This document shows positions 38,211-48,832 of a DNA stretch of 64,000 bases, in pieces. Numbering within the stretch: position 1 is the first letter of the stretch; each line of letters opens with the position of its first letter. Source of the stretch: Tepidisphaera sp. (GTDB lineage Bacteria; Planctomycetota; Phycisphaerae; Phycisphaerales; UBA1924); NCBI GenBank assembly GCA_050916045.1, contig CP051526.1, positions 3,360,001 to 3,424,000 of the forward strand, in the 5' to 3' direction. The translations under genes were made by a program, and so were the position numbers. Under the pieces are notes generated by a model. It was not told the origin of the DNA, did not search any database, and saw nothing but the letters and a program-made list of their open reading frames with translations.

Positions 38211-40112
38211 TCACATGCGCTCCACGATGGGCAAGCCAAGTGTCGTCAGACCGTCGGCCAGCAGGCGGCTGGCAACGCTGCAAAGCCTGAGGCGGCTTGC
38301 TCGCGCGTCGGGCGTCTCCGCGGTCAGGATCGGGCAGTTGGTGTAGAAAGCCGAGTAGGCTCCGGCGAGTTCGTAGAGGAACTGGCAGAGGCGGTGCGGC
38401 TCGGCGGCGTCGGCCGCGGCCGCGAGCGCCGCCGGGTACTTCAGCATGGTGAGGGCGAGCGCCCGCTCGGCGGGATCCGCGAGCGAGATCGGAGTTGACT
38501 CCCAACCGGTGATTCCCTGCTCGGCCGCTTTGCGGAAGATCGACCGGGTCCGGGCGTAGGCGTAAAGCAGATACGGGCCGGTGTTGCCCTCGAACGCGAC
38601 CATGCGGTCAAAGCTGAAGGTGTAGTCCTTGACGCGTTCGATCGAAAGGTCGGCGTACTTGATGGCGGAGACGCCCACCGCCCACGCGGTGCCGTCGAAA
38701 TCGGCATCGCCGACATCCGCGCCGCGATTCTTCATCTCGGCGGCGGCGCGGGTGGAACCTTCGGTGATCAGGTCCGCCAGTTTGACGTTTTCGCCCGAGC
38801 GGGTCTTGAAGGGACGGCCATCCTCGCCGAGGATGGTTCCGAAAGCGGCGTGCGTGAGCGTGGCGGGCTCGGCCCGGCCTTGCTTGGTCGCGTATCCGGC
38901 CCGCTTGGCGGCGGAGAAGACCTGCTTGAAGTGGAGCCCCTGCCGGGCGTCGACGCAGTAAACGACGCGGTCGGCGCCGAGCTTCTGCACGCGGCGGCGG
39001 ATGGCGGCGATGTCGGTGGTGGCGTAGAGGAACCCGCCGTCGCGCTTGCGGATGAGGCAGGGTTCCTTGATGTCGCCCCATTCGGGCTTGTCGAGACGGA
39101 CGACAACCGCGCCGTCGTCGATCTCGGCGACGCCGCGCTTGAGCAGATCGTCGATGACGGGAGCGAGTTCATCCGCGTAGCTGCTTTCGCCGGCGGTGTG
39201 TTCGGGGAGGACGATCGCGCCGAGTTTGCGGCAGTTTTCGGCGCAAGCAGCGATGGTGACATCGACGATGCGTTGCCAGACGGCGAGGATGCCGGGCTCT
39301 TTGGCTTGGAGGTCGATCAGGGTGCGTTTCGCGGCGGCGAGGGCGATCTGCGCGGCTTTGCCGGACTCGATTTCATCGGCCCACTCGGCCGCGAACTTGG
39401 CCGTGAGAAACGGCGCGAAGTCCTGAACGACGTCGCCGAGCGACGCGGGCGGGGCGCACTCCTTCTGAGCGGCTTTGTAGTGCCGATCGAGGTCGGCGAG
39501 GACGATGGTGGCGAGATTGAGGCGGCCGGCTTCCATCTCGCGTTTGACGCGTCCGCAGACCATCGCGATGGGCAGCCCCCAGTCGCCGAGGTGGTTCTGC
39601 CTGACGACTTTGTGGCCAAGCCGCGCGAAGATCCGGGCCATGGCGTCGCCGATGATGGTCGAACGCAGGTGCCCGACGTGCATCTCCTTCGCGAGATTGA
39701 CTCCGCAGAGATCGACGACGACGGTCATCGGAGATGCGGGGGGCGTGACGCCCAGAGCCGGGGTGTCCATCCGGGCGGAGAGGGTCGCGAGGGCGTCGGC
39801 TCGCATGCGGATGTTGATGAAGCCGGGGCCCGCGATCGAAGCTTCGGTGACGGGCTCGCAGAGGTCGTCGACCTTGAGAGCGGCGACGATGGCTTTGGCG
39901 GCGTCGCGTGGCGGCTTGCCGACGCGTTTGGCGAGACCCATCGCCGCGTTGGACTGGAAATCGCCGGCGGAGGGGTTTTTGTTGGGCGCGATGAGGGGAT
40001 CGGCTTCGCCCTCGAGGGCGGGGAACGCCTCGGCCATCGCCGAACGGAAACGGGCGGCCAGGAGCAAAGCCGGGTCGAGGTCGGGAACGGCGATAGGGGT
40101 CGAATCCGGCAT
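38211..40112 (-). CDS. argS: Arginine--tRNA ligase
   Basis: GDFQSNAAM, IAGPGFIN, NLAKEMHVGHLRST, NHLGDWG, FKTRSG, GNTGPYLLYAYAR. Confidence 0.96.
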   Translation of the reverse strand: MPDSTPIAVPDLDPALLLAARFRSAMAEAFPALEGEADPLIAPNKNPSAGDFQSNAAMGLAKRVGKPPRDAAKAIVAALKVDDLCEPVTEASIAGPGFINIRMRADALATLSARMDTPALGVTPPASPMTVVVDLCGVNLAKEMHVGHLRSTIIGDAMARIFARLGHKVVRQNHLGDWGLPIAMVCGRVKREMEAGRLNLATIVLADLDRHYKAAQKECAPPASLGDVVQDFAPFLTAKFAAEWADEIESGKAAQIALAAAKRTLIDLQAKEPGILAVWQRIVDVTIAACAENCRKLGAIVLPEHTAGESSYADELAPVIDDLLKRGVAEIDDGAVVVRLDKPEWGDIKEPCLIRKRDGGFLYATTDIAAIRRRVQKLGADRVVYCVDARQGLHFKQVFSAAKRAGYATKQGRAEPATLTHAAFGTILGEDGRPFKTRSGENVKLADLITEGSTRAAAEMKNRGADVGDADFDGTAWAVGVSAIKYADLSIERVKDYTFSFDRMVAFEGNTGPYLLYAYARTRSIFRKAAEQGITGWESTPISLADPAERALALTMLKYPAALAAAADAAEPHRLCQFLYELAGAYSAFYTNCPILTAETPDARASRLRLCSVASRLLADGLTTLGLPIVERM

Positions 40113-40145
40113 GGGGGCGATGGTAGGGAGCGACGCCCCAGCGTG

Positions 40146-40185
40146 AAAAACAAAGCCGGCCCGGGAGAGACTCTCCCGGGCCGGC
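40146..40185 (-). terminator. Intrinsic terminator
   Basis: Inverted repeat GCCGGCCCGGGAGAG / CTCTCCCGGGCCGGC followed by TTTGTTTTT on the minus strand. Confidence 0.75.
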
Positions 40186-40207
40186 GAAACTTCAAAGCGG
40201 GGGCTGA

Positions 40208-42469
40208 TCAGCAGCCGGTCTCGAACGCGGTCACGAAGTCGAGGTAGTCGAAGAAGTCGACGAAGTCATCGCCGTTGAAATCGGCGGTCTTGCCCGGGGG
40301 GCACTCGCCGGTTTCGAAGCAGAAGACGTAATCGCCGTAGTCGAAGAAGTCCAGGAAGTCGTCGCCGTTGAAGTCGGCGCGGCAGGTCTGGCCCGGGTCG
40401 CGGACCGTCACCGCGTAGATGCCGATGCCGGGGACCGTGGACTGGGCGTTGGAGAAGCTGATGGAAGTGATCTGACGGCCCGCGAAATCGCCAAGGCCGC
40501 CGGCGATCAGGCTCTCGTGGCTGACGACGGCTTCGACGACGTTGAGGTCCACGCCGGGAGTGCCGGCGTCGACGAACTCAGCCGAGATGAAGGTGCCCAA
40601 GCTCTGCTGGGACTCGACGCCCGCCAGCGCGGGATCGACGTCCTGCTGGCCGTACCAGTCGGGAGCGTCGAGCTGGACCACGGCGGTCGAGCCGTCGGAG
40701 AACCCGATGGTCATGTCGAAGGTGGTGCCGCCATTGCTCGCGTTGAAGAGCACGCCGATCTGCGTGCCCGGCTGCATCGCCGCGCCCAAAGCCGCGGTGT
40801 CGGTGGTCTGGGGGCCGGACTGGTTGGAATCGGGCAGCCAGAGCGGCTGGATGCCGGTCTCGTCGCCGTCGGGCTCAAGGTCGAAGGCTCGGAAGCCGTT
40901 GTCGACGGTGTTGCGGTCGCCGAGGTGCACCATGTCGAGCACGCCGGCCTGGGTCACCACGGTGTACGGGATGCCGGTCGCGCCTTCGAGGCCGACCTCG
41001 AGCGAGCCGACCGCGCCGGTCAGCCGCATGCCGCGGTCGCCGATCGAGCGGTAGCCGGACTCGGAATCGGGGTTGTTGTCCTCGCCGGTGTGGACCATGC
41101 CGTTGAAGTTGTAGTTGAGCGGCACCAACACGTCGGTGTGAGCGACCGGGCTGGTGTCCACGTTGAGCGTGAAGGAACCCGTCGAGTCGTTGTTGCCCGC
41201 CACGCGGATCAGATACGCCTGATTCGCCTGGGCGTTGATCGTGACACGAGAAAGCCCGCCGCGGGCATTGTCGTTGCACGCGATCGCGCTGCCGCCGCAA
41301 GCCGTGTAGACCGCCAAGGTCGTGTCGATCACACCCGCGCCGATCGTGTTGATCTCGACCGGACCGGTCGAGGTCGCGACGTAGCGATACCAGACATCCT
41401 TCTGATCCGCCGTGCCGCAGGAGCTCGAAGCCGCGCCGGTGGCGTTGAAGCTCGAGCCGGCGGTCGTGCCCTCCAGCACCGGCTGCGCGTTCGCGCAGCT
41501 GTCGTTGGCCGGAGGAGCGTTGGAGACCGAGCCGTACAGCTGGATCTCGCCGATCTGAAGGAACGTGTCGCCCAACGAAGGACCGAACTCGATGCGGTAC
41601 CGCGTGTAGGCGGTCGTGTTGGCGAAGCGGAGGTCCTGCTCCTGGAAATTGGCGAAGGAGCTTTCCAGATCGCGACGGCCGAGCTCGGTGAAGCTGACGC
41701 CGTCGTTGGAGCCATAGACCGCGACATAGGAAGGAGTGCGGCCGGGGAAAGCCGCATCGTCGCCGGCACCGAAGAGATCGAATCCGGTGACGACGCTCGA
41801 GCCAACGCCCGGGGTGACATCGATGACGGTCGGGCCGAGATCGCCGCTGAAGATGCCGAGCTTGGTGTTCAGACGGTTGTCGAAGAGGCTGCCGGGGCCC
41901 TCGTTGTTCGGGCTTGAGGCGCCGGCGGTGTAGGTCACGGTGAAGGCGTCGCCGGGGGTGAGGATGTCGGTGCCGGTCACAAGCTGGACCTCGCCGACCT
42001 GCATGCTGTTGGCGGCGTTGGAGTTCCGCACGGTCGGGAACGTGACGCGGTAGTACGTGTACGAGGTCGAATTGTTGAAGCTCACCTGGTCCATGCCGTA
42101 CCGGGCCGTGGGCGGATTGAGCGCGCCCTGGGCGACCAGCACGAAGTTCACGCCGTCGTCGCTGCCCTCAAGGAGGAAGGACGTTGGGTCACGATCCGGA
42201 GCGTCGTTCGCCGTGACGATGATCAGCCCGCGAACGACGTCGGTTCGCGACGCGAGGACGGTGAAACCGGTGAAGATCTCGTCGAAGTTGAGATACTTGG
42301 TGCCGCCGAGGTTGTCGAGCACCTTGCTGGGGTCTTCAGCTCCCGGGTGATTCTCGGAGGAACCCGTGACAGGGTCTCCGGGAGAGGTGACATCCTGCGC
42401 GGCGGCGGAAGCCGCCATGCCCGCAAGGGCGATGATGAGCGCGATCGGGGACAGTGACTCTTTACGCAT
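40208..42469 (-). CDS. Secreted protein with two discoidin/F5-8-like domains and GC-type dockerin-like anchor
   Basis: Signal peptide. Duplicated ANDAPDRDP..GS.DG..F / YTYYR...QVGEVQL module, PANDSC repeat, terminal ADFNGDDF.DFFDY x2 ending FETGC. Confidence 0.82.
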   Translation of the reverse strand: MRKESLSPIALIIALAGMAASAAAQDVTSPGDPVTGSSENHPGAEDPSKVLDNLGGTKYLNFDEIFTGFTVLASRTDVVRGLIIVTANDAPDRDPTSFLLEGSDDGVNFVLVAQGALNPPTARYGMDQVSFNNSTSYTYYRVTFPTVRNSNAANSMQVGEVQLVTGTDILTPGDAFTVTYTAGASSPNNEGPGSLFDNRLNTKLGIFSGDLGPTVIDVTPGVGSSVVTGFDLFGAGDDAAFPGRTPSYVAVYGSNDGVSFTELGRRDLESSFANFQEQDLRFANTTAYTRYRIEFGPSLGDTFLQIGEIQLYGSVSNAPPANDSCANAQPVLEGTTAGSSFNATGAASSSCGTADQKDVWYRYVATSTGPVEINTIGAGVIDTTLAVYTACGGSAIACNDNARGGLSRVTINAQANQAYLIRVAGNNDSTGSFTLNVDTSPVAHTDVLVPLNYNFNGMVHTGEDNNPDSESGYRSIGDRGMRLTGAVGSLEVGLEGATGIPYTVVTQAGVLDMVHLGDRNTVDNGFRAFDLEPDGDETGIQPLWLPDSNQSGPQTTDTAALGAAMQPGTQIGVLFNASNGGTTFDMTIGFSDGSTAVVQLDAPDWYGQQDVDPALAGVESQQSLGTFISAEFVDAGTPGVDLNVVEAVVSHESLIAGGLGDFAGRQITSISFSNAQSTVPGIGIYAVTVRDPGQTCRADFNGDDFLDFFDYGDYVFCFETGECPPGKTADFNGDDFVDFFDYLDFVTAFETGC

Positions 42470-42732
42470 CGGAACACTTCCTTTCCTGGACGAACGAAAA
42501 TCGTCAGGACCTCTCGGGACCGCGTCGACAGACGCGACCCTCCACGACTTCTCCGCGGGGAACGACCAAGGAAGCGCGAGAGCCATGGTGCTTCGCGCAG
42601 GGCCCGCGAATCGGGTCCCGCTTGCCATGCTACAAAAACGCTTTCATCGCGTCAAACAGATTCGAGTTCCCGAGCTTTGCTCACCATGTGGGAACGATCA
42701 TCGCCGCGTGTTGTAACCGCGTTGCAGCGCTC

Positions 42733-45700
42733 TCAGCCAGCGACGATGTTCACAAGACGGCCGGGGACGACGATGATTTTCTTCACCACCTTGCCGCCAA
42801 GAGCCTTCTGCACTTCAGCGTTCGCGAGGGTCATCTCCTCGATGGCTTTGGGTTCGGCGTTGCTGGGAACGGTGACCTTGCAGCGGACCTTGCCCTGGAT
42901 CTGGACTGCAAGTTCGACCTCGTCGTCGCGGAGCATCGCCGGATCGACCGCGGGCCACGCCGCCAGGGAGATGAGCGTCTGATTGCCGAGCTTGCTCCAG
43001 ACCTCCTCCGCGAGGTGCGGCGCGAAGGGGGCCAGCGCGAGCATGAATCGCTCGAGCTGATCTTTGTGGAGCACGGTCGACCCCACGCCGTTGACGAACT
43101 CGATCAGAGCGGCGATGGCCGTGTTGAAGGAAAGCCGCTCGATGTCAGCTCCGACTTTGGCGATGACGCGGTGGACCTGCTTCTCGACCGTCACGTCGCG
43201 CTCCGCGGCCGTGCGCACGGCGCCTGTCTTCTCGTCGACCGCCACGCGCCAGGCGCGAGCGAGGAACCGGGCCAGACCGGTGATGTCGCGGGGGTTCCAA
43301 GGCTTGCTCGCTTCCAGCGGGCCCATGTACATCTCATAGAGGCGGAAGGTGTCGGCGCCGAACTCGGCGATGACGTCGTCCGGATTGACGACGTTCTTGT
43401 AGCGCTTGGACATCTTGGTGACAACAGGCGTGACCGGCTCGCCGGTGGCGATGAGCTGGTAGACGCCTTCGGACACCTCTTGGACCTCGTCCACCGGAAC
43501 GATGGTCTTGTCCGCTCGCTGATAGGCGAAGCTGGTGATGAGGCCCTGATGGAACAGCTTCTGGAACGGCTCGGGGGTCGAGAGGTACCCCATGTCGTAA
43601 AGCACGTTGTGCCAGAAGCGGGAGTACATGAGGTGGCCGACGGCGTGCTCGGAACCGCCCATGTACAGGTCGACGCCGCCGGGCTGACCGTTGCCGCCCA
43701 TCCAGTATCGGTCGGCTTCGGAAGCGACCATCGCGCGGTCGTTGCTCGGGTCGCAGTAGCGGACGGCGTACCAAGAGCTGCCGGCGCTGCCGGGCATGGT
43801 GTTGGCTTCGCGGCGGACCCTGGTCGAGGGCGGCAGCACCGCGGGATCGACGCCCGCTTCGCCGGCGGTGGTATTGACCCACTCACGGACCTTGCCCAGA
43901 AGCGGGAGCGGATCCTCGCTCTCGACGGGGGCGTAGTCGGCGAGTTCGGGAAGCATGACGGGGAGGGCTTTCTCGCCGACGGGGTAGGCGGCACCGTCCT
44001 CGGTGAAGACCATCGGGAAAGGCTCGCCCCAGTAACGCTGGCGGCTGAAGGTCCAGTCGCGGAACTTGTAGTTGACCCGGCGGCGGCCGAGAGCTTTCTT
44101 CTCAAGCCAGCCGACGATCGCGGCTTTGGCTTGCTCCACGGTCAGGCCGTTGAGGGAGATCTCGCGGTTGGCGGAATTGGCGAGCACACCGACGTTGCCG
44201 GTGGCGACAAAGGCGTCTCCGGAAGCGTCGAAGAACGCGGCCCTCGCGAACCGGTCGACGAAATCCTCGAACCCGGCGAACTTCAGTTCGGCGATCGCGT
44301 CGAGCCAGACGATCCGGGTCGCACCGCGACGCTCGCCGATAGCACCCGGGCGCTCGGTCGGGCGGCCTGACGGGATGAGCACGGCGGTGCCGTCGATGTC
44401 TCCGCGGCGGCGTGCGGTGACCAGTTCGAGCGCGGCTTGCATGTCGTGCGGAAAGACCGACGAGGTGACGCAGCCGAGGAAGTCCGCGAGAGCCCCTTGC
44501 CAGCGTTCGGCGGTGCGGACGTTCTCAGGGGCGTGCTCGGCGAAGTACGCCATCGCCGACCGGGTCTGGTCGTACACGACGTCCCGGATCGGCAGGCGGA
44601 ATGCTTTGGCGAACTCGTAGTCGCGTTCGTCGTGGGCGGGCACGGCCATGATCGCGCCGGTGCCATACCCCATCAGCACGTAGTCCGCGATCCAGACGGG
44701 GATCTTCTCGCCCGTCGCGGGATTGAGCGCGTGGAGGCCGGTGGGCACGCCGGTCTTCTTCTTGTTCTCCATCCGCTCGATGTCGGAGAGATTTCGGGCA
44801 CGTTCGACGTACGCCCGGACGGCCGGGTCGGCGGTGACGGACGCCACCAGCGGGTGCTCGGGCGCGATCACCATGTACGTCGCGCCGAAGATCGTGTCGG
44901 GCCGCGTGGTGAAGACGGTCAGCGCGTGGTCCCGGCCGTCGATGCGGAACTCGATCTCTGCGCCCTCGCTGCGGCCGATCCACTCGGTCTGCATCGCTTT
45001 CGTCGAAGCGGGCCAGTCCAACCCGGCGAGCCCGTCGAGCAAACGGTCCGCGTACGTCGTGATTCGGAACATCCACTGCTTCATCGGCTTGCGGAGCACG
45101 GGATGGCCGCCGCGCTCGCTTCTGCCGTCGATCACCTCATCGTTCGCGAGCACGGTGCCGAGCTTGGGGCACCAGTTGACGGTCGTCTCGCCGAGGTACG
45201 CGAGGCGCCAGGAATCAAGCACGCGCCGCTTGATGTCGGCGTCGAGAGCGTCCCACTTCGCTCCAGCGAGCGAGGGGTGCGATCCGCCGGCCGTCGGGTT
45301 GAAGGCGACCGGCCGCTTGCCACTCCGAAACTCCTCGACGAGTTCGCGGATCGGACGTGCTTTGCCCTTCGTGACTCCGTGACCTCGCGACTCCGTGACT
45401 TCCGCGTCAAACCACGCGTCGTAGAGCTTGAGAAAGATCCACTGGGTCCACTTGTAGTACCCAGGATCGATGGTGCCGAACTCGCGCGACCAGTCGTACG
45501 AGAACCCGAACCGCTGGAGCTGGCGGCGGAAGTTGTCGATGGCTTTCTTCGTCGTGATCGCGGGGTGCACGCCCGTCTGGATGGCGTACTGCTCGGCCGG
45601 AAGCCCGAAAGCGTCCCAGCCCATCGGGTGCAGAACGTTGAACCCCTTCATCCGCTTGTACCGCGACACGATGTCCGTCGCCGTGTACCCCTCGGGATGG

Positions 45701-45927
45701 CCGACGTGCAAGCCGGCTCCAGATGGATATGGGAACATGTCCAGGCAGTAGAACTTGGGGCGCGACGAGTCGAACCCGGGCTGCCCGGGGTTGGGAGTCG
45801 TGAACGTCTTCTCGGTCGCCCACCGGCCCTGCCACTTGAGCTCGAGCTCGTTCGCAAGCCCCGCGTTGTACCGGTGGGGCGTGTCGTTCGACGGGATCTC
45901 GGGTTGGCTTGGGGATGTTTGGGACAT
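42733..45927 (-). CDS. leuS: Leucine--tRNA ligase
   Basis: MFPYPSGAGLHVGH, MGWDAFGLPAE, VFTTRPDT, GTGAIMAVPAHDERD, SRQRYWGEP, KMSKR, QIQGKVR. Confidence 0.97.
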   Translation of the reverse strand: MSQTSPSQPEIPSNDTPHRYNAGLANELELKWQGRWATEKTFTTPNPGQPGFDSSRPKFYCLDMFPYPSGAGLHVGHPEGYTATDIVSRYKRMKGFNVLHPMGWDAFGLPAEQYAIQTGVHPAITTKKAIDNFRRQLQRFGFSYDWSREFGTIDPGYYKWTQWIFLKLYDAWFDAEVTESRGHGVTKGKARPIRELVEEFRSGKRPVAFNPTAGGSHPSLAGAKWDALDADIKRRVLDSWRLAYLGETTVNWCPKLGTVLANDEVIDGRSERGGHPVLRKPMKQWMFRITTYADRLLDGLAGLDWPASTKAMQTEWIGRSEGAEIEFRIDGRDHALTVFTTRPDTIFGATYMVIAPEHPLVASVTADPAVRAYVERARNLSDIERMENKKKTGVPTGLHALNPATGEKIPVWIADYVLMGYGTGAIMAVPAHDERDYEFAKAFRLPIRDVVYDQTRSAMAYFAEHAPENVRTAERWQGALADFLGCVTSSVFPHDMQAALELVTARRRGDIDGTAVLIPSGRPTERPGAIGERRGATRIVWLDAIAELKFAGFEDFVDRFARAAFFDASGDAFVATGNVGVLANSANREISLNGLTVEQAKAAIVGWLEKKALGRRRVNYKFRDWTFSRQRYWGEPFPMVFTEDGAAYPVGEKALPVMLPELADYAPVESEDPLPLLGKVREWVNTTAGEAGVDPAVLPPSTRVRREANTMPGSAGSSWYAVRYCDPSNDRAMVASEADRYWMGGNGQPGGVDLYMGGSEHAVGHLMYSRFWHNVLYDMGYLSTPEPFQKLFHQGLITSFAYQRADKTIVPVDEVQEVSEGVYQLIATGEPVTPVVTKMSKRYKNVVNPDDVIAEFGADTFRLYEMYMGPLEASKPWNPRDITGLARFLARAWRVAVDEKTGAVRTAAERDVTVEKQVHRVIAKVGADIERLSFNTAIAALIEFVNGVGSTVLHKDQLERFMLALAPFAPHLAEEVWSKLGNQTLISLAAWPAVDPAMLRDDEVELAVQIQGKVRCKVTVPSNAEPKAIEEMTLANAEVQKALGGKVVKKIIVVPGRLVNIVAG
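45371..45402. repeat. Degenerate octamer tandem repeat inside leuS
   Basis: GTGACTCC GTGACCTC GCGACTCC GTGACTTC. Confidence 0.7.
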
Positions 45928-46064
45928 AGACGGGAATGGTAGTGCCTCGGCGGGCGTTCTCCCAGAGCGGACCCCGAATCGGTTGTTTTGCTTCGCTTTT
46001 GGCGGACTTTGCGGTACTCTGGGCCGGGCATCTGGGTCAAGAACCCATTCTTGAGGATCAGCGC

Positions 46065-48773
46065 ATGAGAACCCGCTTTCTGTCAGCCGTTGGGTTCATT
46101 TTGTTGGTTGCCGGGGTTCTGTTTCCCGCACGTTCATCACCGGGGCAGTGCTCGTCGTTCGCCTACGCGCGGCAGGTCAGCGGCGATGTGGCCGTGATGG
46201 AATCGCTGGGCTCGCTGCTGTTTGTGGGAATGCCCGGGCTGGTGGAGATCCACGATCTCGCCGCACCGGACACGCCCGTTCGGATCGCCGCGATCCCCGT
46301 GCGTTATGAGCCCTCGGCGATCGCGGTCAACGGCAATCTGCTCTACATCTCAACGTGGAGCTTCGGTGACAGCATCGGGTCGCTCGTGGTCGTGGACATC
46401 GCGGCGCCCGCCAGCCCGGTGGTGCTCGCGGACATCACGTGGAACGATGAGGTCGAGGACTCGGCGGCGGGGACGGACCGACTCTGCCTGCTCAATAACG
46501 CGGACGAGATTCTCATTCTCGACGTGACTTCGCCGGGGCAGCCGATCACCGGATCGACGCTGAGCGGCCAGGCGTTCCGGAGCATCGAGGTCCGGCAGAA
46601 CGTCCTCTACGCGACGTTCAACGACACCTCCACGACTCCCTCGCGTTCCAAGCTCCGCACATGGGGGATAGGGAACATCACGAGCGCCAACATCATCACG
46701 ACGATCGACCTTGGCGAGGCCCAGGGTTTCCCGACGCTCGACCGGCTCGGAACAACGCTGGCGACCGTGGCGGCCGACCGTCTTTCGATCTTCAGCCTGT
46801 CGACGCCGGGGACGCCCGCCTTGCTCGGAACGGCGTCGGGCGCTCGCATCGGGGCGAAGCCTCACCTCACCGAGCACAACGGGATCACCCTCTGCCACAT
46901 GCTCGCTCGCGGGTTCTCCGCCGGCGTGTGGGACGTGAGCAACCCCGCGATCCCGACGTTCCTCGCGAACTACGGCGTCCAGCCGGGACCGCTCACCGCC
47001 GTGGGGCAGCACGCATATCTGCTCGAGTCAACCGACCTGTTCGCGGCGTACTCCTTCATCAACCCTTCCAGCCCCACGCGCGTGTGGGTGAACGATTACG
47101 GTCTTCCCGGGAGGTGCTTCGATCTGCACGCGAGCGGAACGGTGATCGTGTTGCCCGAGTCCGTCGGCGTCTTGCCCGAGAGATTCACGCTCATCGACGT
47201 GGCGGACCCGGATCAGCCCCAGCTTGCCGGCATCGTCAGCCTGGACGCTGCCGAGTCGCTTCAGGGCTCGGATGTCAGCGGGACGATGCTCGGCTTTCTG
47301 GCGCTCGAAGGCGGGCCTCGGTACAAACTCCATCTCTACGACATCGCGAACCCGGCGAGTCCGACGCTCCTGAGCGACGGGCTTGAGATCGAGCGCACGT
47401 CGCCCTTCTCGAACAACGAGCTTTATCTGGACGGCCGCACGGGTGTGATTGAGTTCGCAAACGAGTACATCGTGCTGGACTTGGCCGATCCGTCGGCCCC
47501 GCGGATCGCTTCCCGGATCGCGGCGCCCGGCTCGGGTTGGGGCTACTTTGAGGACGGTGTGCTCGCCGTGCTGGACACCTCGGGCGTGCCGTTCATCTCG
47601 GTCTTTGACGTTACGAACCCGGACCGCCCGACCCTCGCAGCCACGATCGCCGAGCCGAACGCGGAAGACCTCTCCCTGTCGGGCCGAATGCTGGCGGTGC
47701 TTCGCGCGAACGATACCACCGCGATCCACGACCTCTCTGTTCCGGCGGCGCCCATCCTGCGCTCGACCATCCCCCGGCCCGGTTCGATGGCGCGCGTGAC
47801 CACCGCGATGCTGGTCGACTCGCTGTGCGTGCTCTCGGAAGAGGGCCGCACGGCGCTCTACTCGCTCACAAGCCCCGGTTCGCCCGTGCTGCTGGGCGAA
47901 AGCGGAAACTCGGGCTCGGCGTACGCCGCGCACCGCGTGAACAACGATCTCTGGACCCTGGGACTGGGTTCGACGCTCAATGGATTCACGATCCCGGACC
48001 TTCCGGTGGTGACGTCGCAACCGAGGGATCGGGCCCCATGCCCGGGTGCGACGGTCGTGCTCAGCGCCGACGCGACCTCCGCTTCGACCGCCACGTACCG
48101 CTGGCGATACAACGGCTCGCTACTCGACAACGGAGCCATGGCGAACGGCACGGTGGTCTCGGGAGCGTTCTCGCGGACCTTGACGCTTACGAACTTCAAC
48201 CCCCTGGACGCCGGCGTCTTCAGCTTGCGCTTCACGAACACGTGCGGAAGCGTGCTCTCGGACAACGCAGTCGTCATCGCGGGCGGAAACCCTCGGTTCA
48301 TCAACGTGCCGTCGCAGCGCGAGACGTGTGCGTTCGGCTCGGTGACGATGAGCGTTCGCACCGAGTTCCCCGCCGACACCAGCATCCGTTGGCAAGCCGA
48401 GCTCCCCTTCGGCTCGGGGAACTTCTTCAACATCTCGGATTTTTCCTCATCCGAGCACACCGTGACGGGCGCGACGACGCCGACACTCACGATCGCCGCT
48501 CAACCCGACGGCCGCATCCCGGACTTCCGAGCGACCCGCTACCGCGCGGTGGCCACCAACGCCTGCGGCTCAACGACGTCCACGGACGCCCGGCTCACGA
48601 TCTGCGGAGCAGATGTGAACTGCGACCTGTTCCTGGACTTCTTCGACTACGACGAGTTCGTCACCGCATTCGAGACCGGCTCGCCGGCTTCGGTCGCCGA
48701 CTTCAACGCCGACGGTTTCATCGATTTCTTCGACTATGACGAGTTCGTGACGGCGTTCGAGGTCGGCTGTTGA
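46065..48773 (+). CDS. Secreted LVIVD-repeat beta-propeller protein with Ig-like domains and GC-type dockerin-like anchor
   Basis: Repeated LVVVDIAAPASP / LYDIANPASP units, VTSQP..YRW Ig domains, terminal DFFDYDEFV..FEVGC. Confidence 0.85.
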   Translation: MRTRFLSAVGFILLVAGVLFPARSSPGQCSSFAYARQVSGDVAVMESLGSLLFVGMPGLVEIHDLAAPDTPVRIAAIPVRYEPSAIAVNGNLLYISTWSFGDSIGSLVVVDIAAPASPVVLADITWNDEVEDSAAGTDRLCLLNNADEILILDVTSPGQPITGSTLSGQAFRSIEVRQNVLYATFNDTSTTPSRSKLRTWGIGNITSANIITTIDLGEAQGFPTLDRLGTTLATVAADRLSIFSLSTPGTPALLGTASGARIGAKPHLTEHNGITLCHMLARGFSAGVWDVSNPAIPTFLANYGVQPGPLTAVGQHAYLLESTDLFAAYSFINPSSPTRVWVNDYGLPGRCFDLHASGTVIVLPESVGVLPERFTLIDVADPDQPQLAGIVSLDAAESLQGSDVSGTMLGFLALEGGPRYKLHLYDIANPASPTLLSDGLEIERTSPFSNNELYLDGRTGVIEFANEYIVLDLADPSAPRIASRIAAPGSGWGYFEDGVLAVLDTSGVPFISVFDVTNPDRPTLAATIAEPNAEDLSLSGRMLAVLRANDTTAIHDLSVPAAPILRSTIPRPGSMARVTTAMLVDSLCVLSEEGRTALYSLTSPGSPVLLGESGNSGSAYAAHRVNNDLWTLGLGSTLNGFTIPDLPVVTSQPRDRAPCPGATVVLSADATSASTATYRWRYNGSLLDNGAMANGTVVSGAFSRTLTLTNFNPLDAGVFSLRFTNTCGSVLSDNAVVIAGGNPRFINVPSQRETCAFGSVTMSVRTEFPADTSIRWQAELPFGSGNFFNISDFSSSEHTVTGATTPTLTIAAQPDGRIPDFRATRYRAVATNACGSTTSTDARLTICGADVNCDLFLDFFDYDEFVTAFETGSPASVADFNADGFIDFFDYDEFVTAFEVGC

Positions 48774-48832
48774 CCCGAGATTTCGCTTCGGGCCCACCCG
48801 TGTCCGTGGTACGCTCCCGCCCGGAGGATTCC

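Noticed and set aside
44215..44575. Intein in leuS
   Set aside because: No N-terminal Cys/Ser block or C-terminal His-Asn, and no homing endonuclease motifs.
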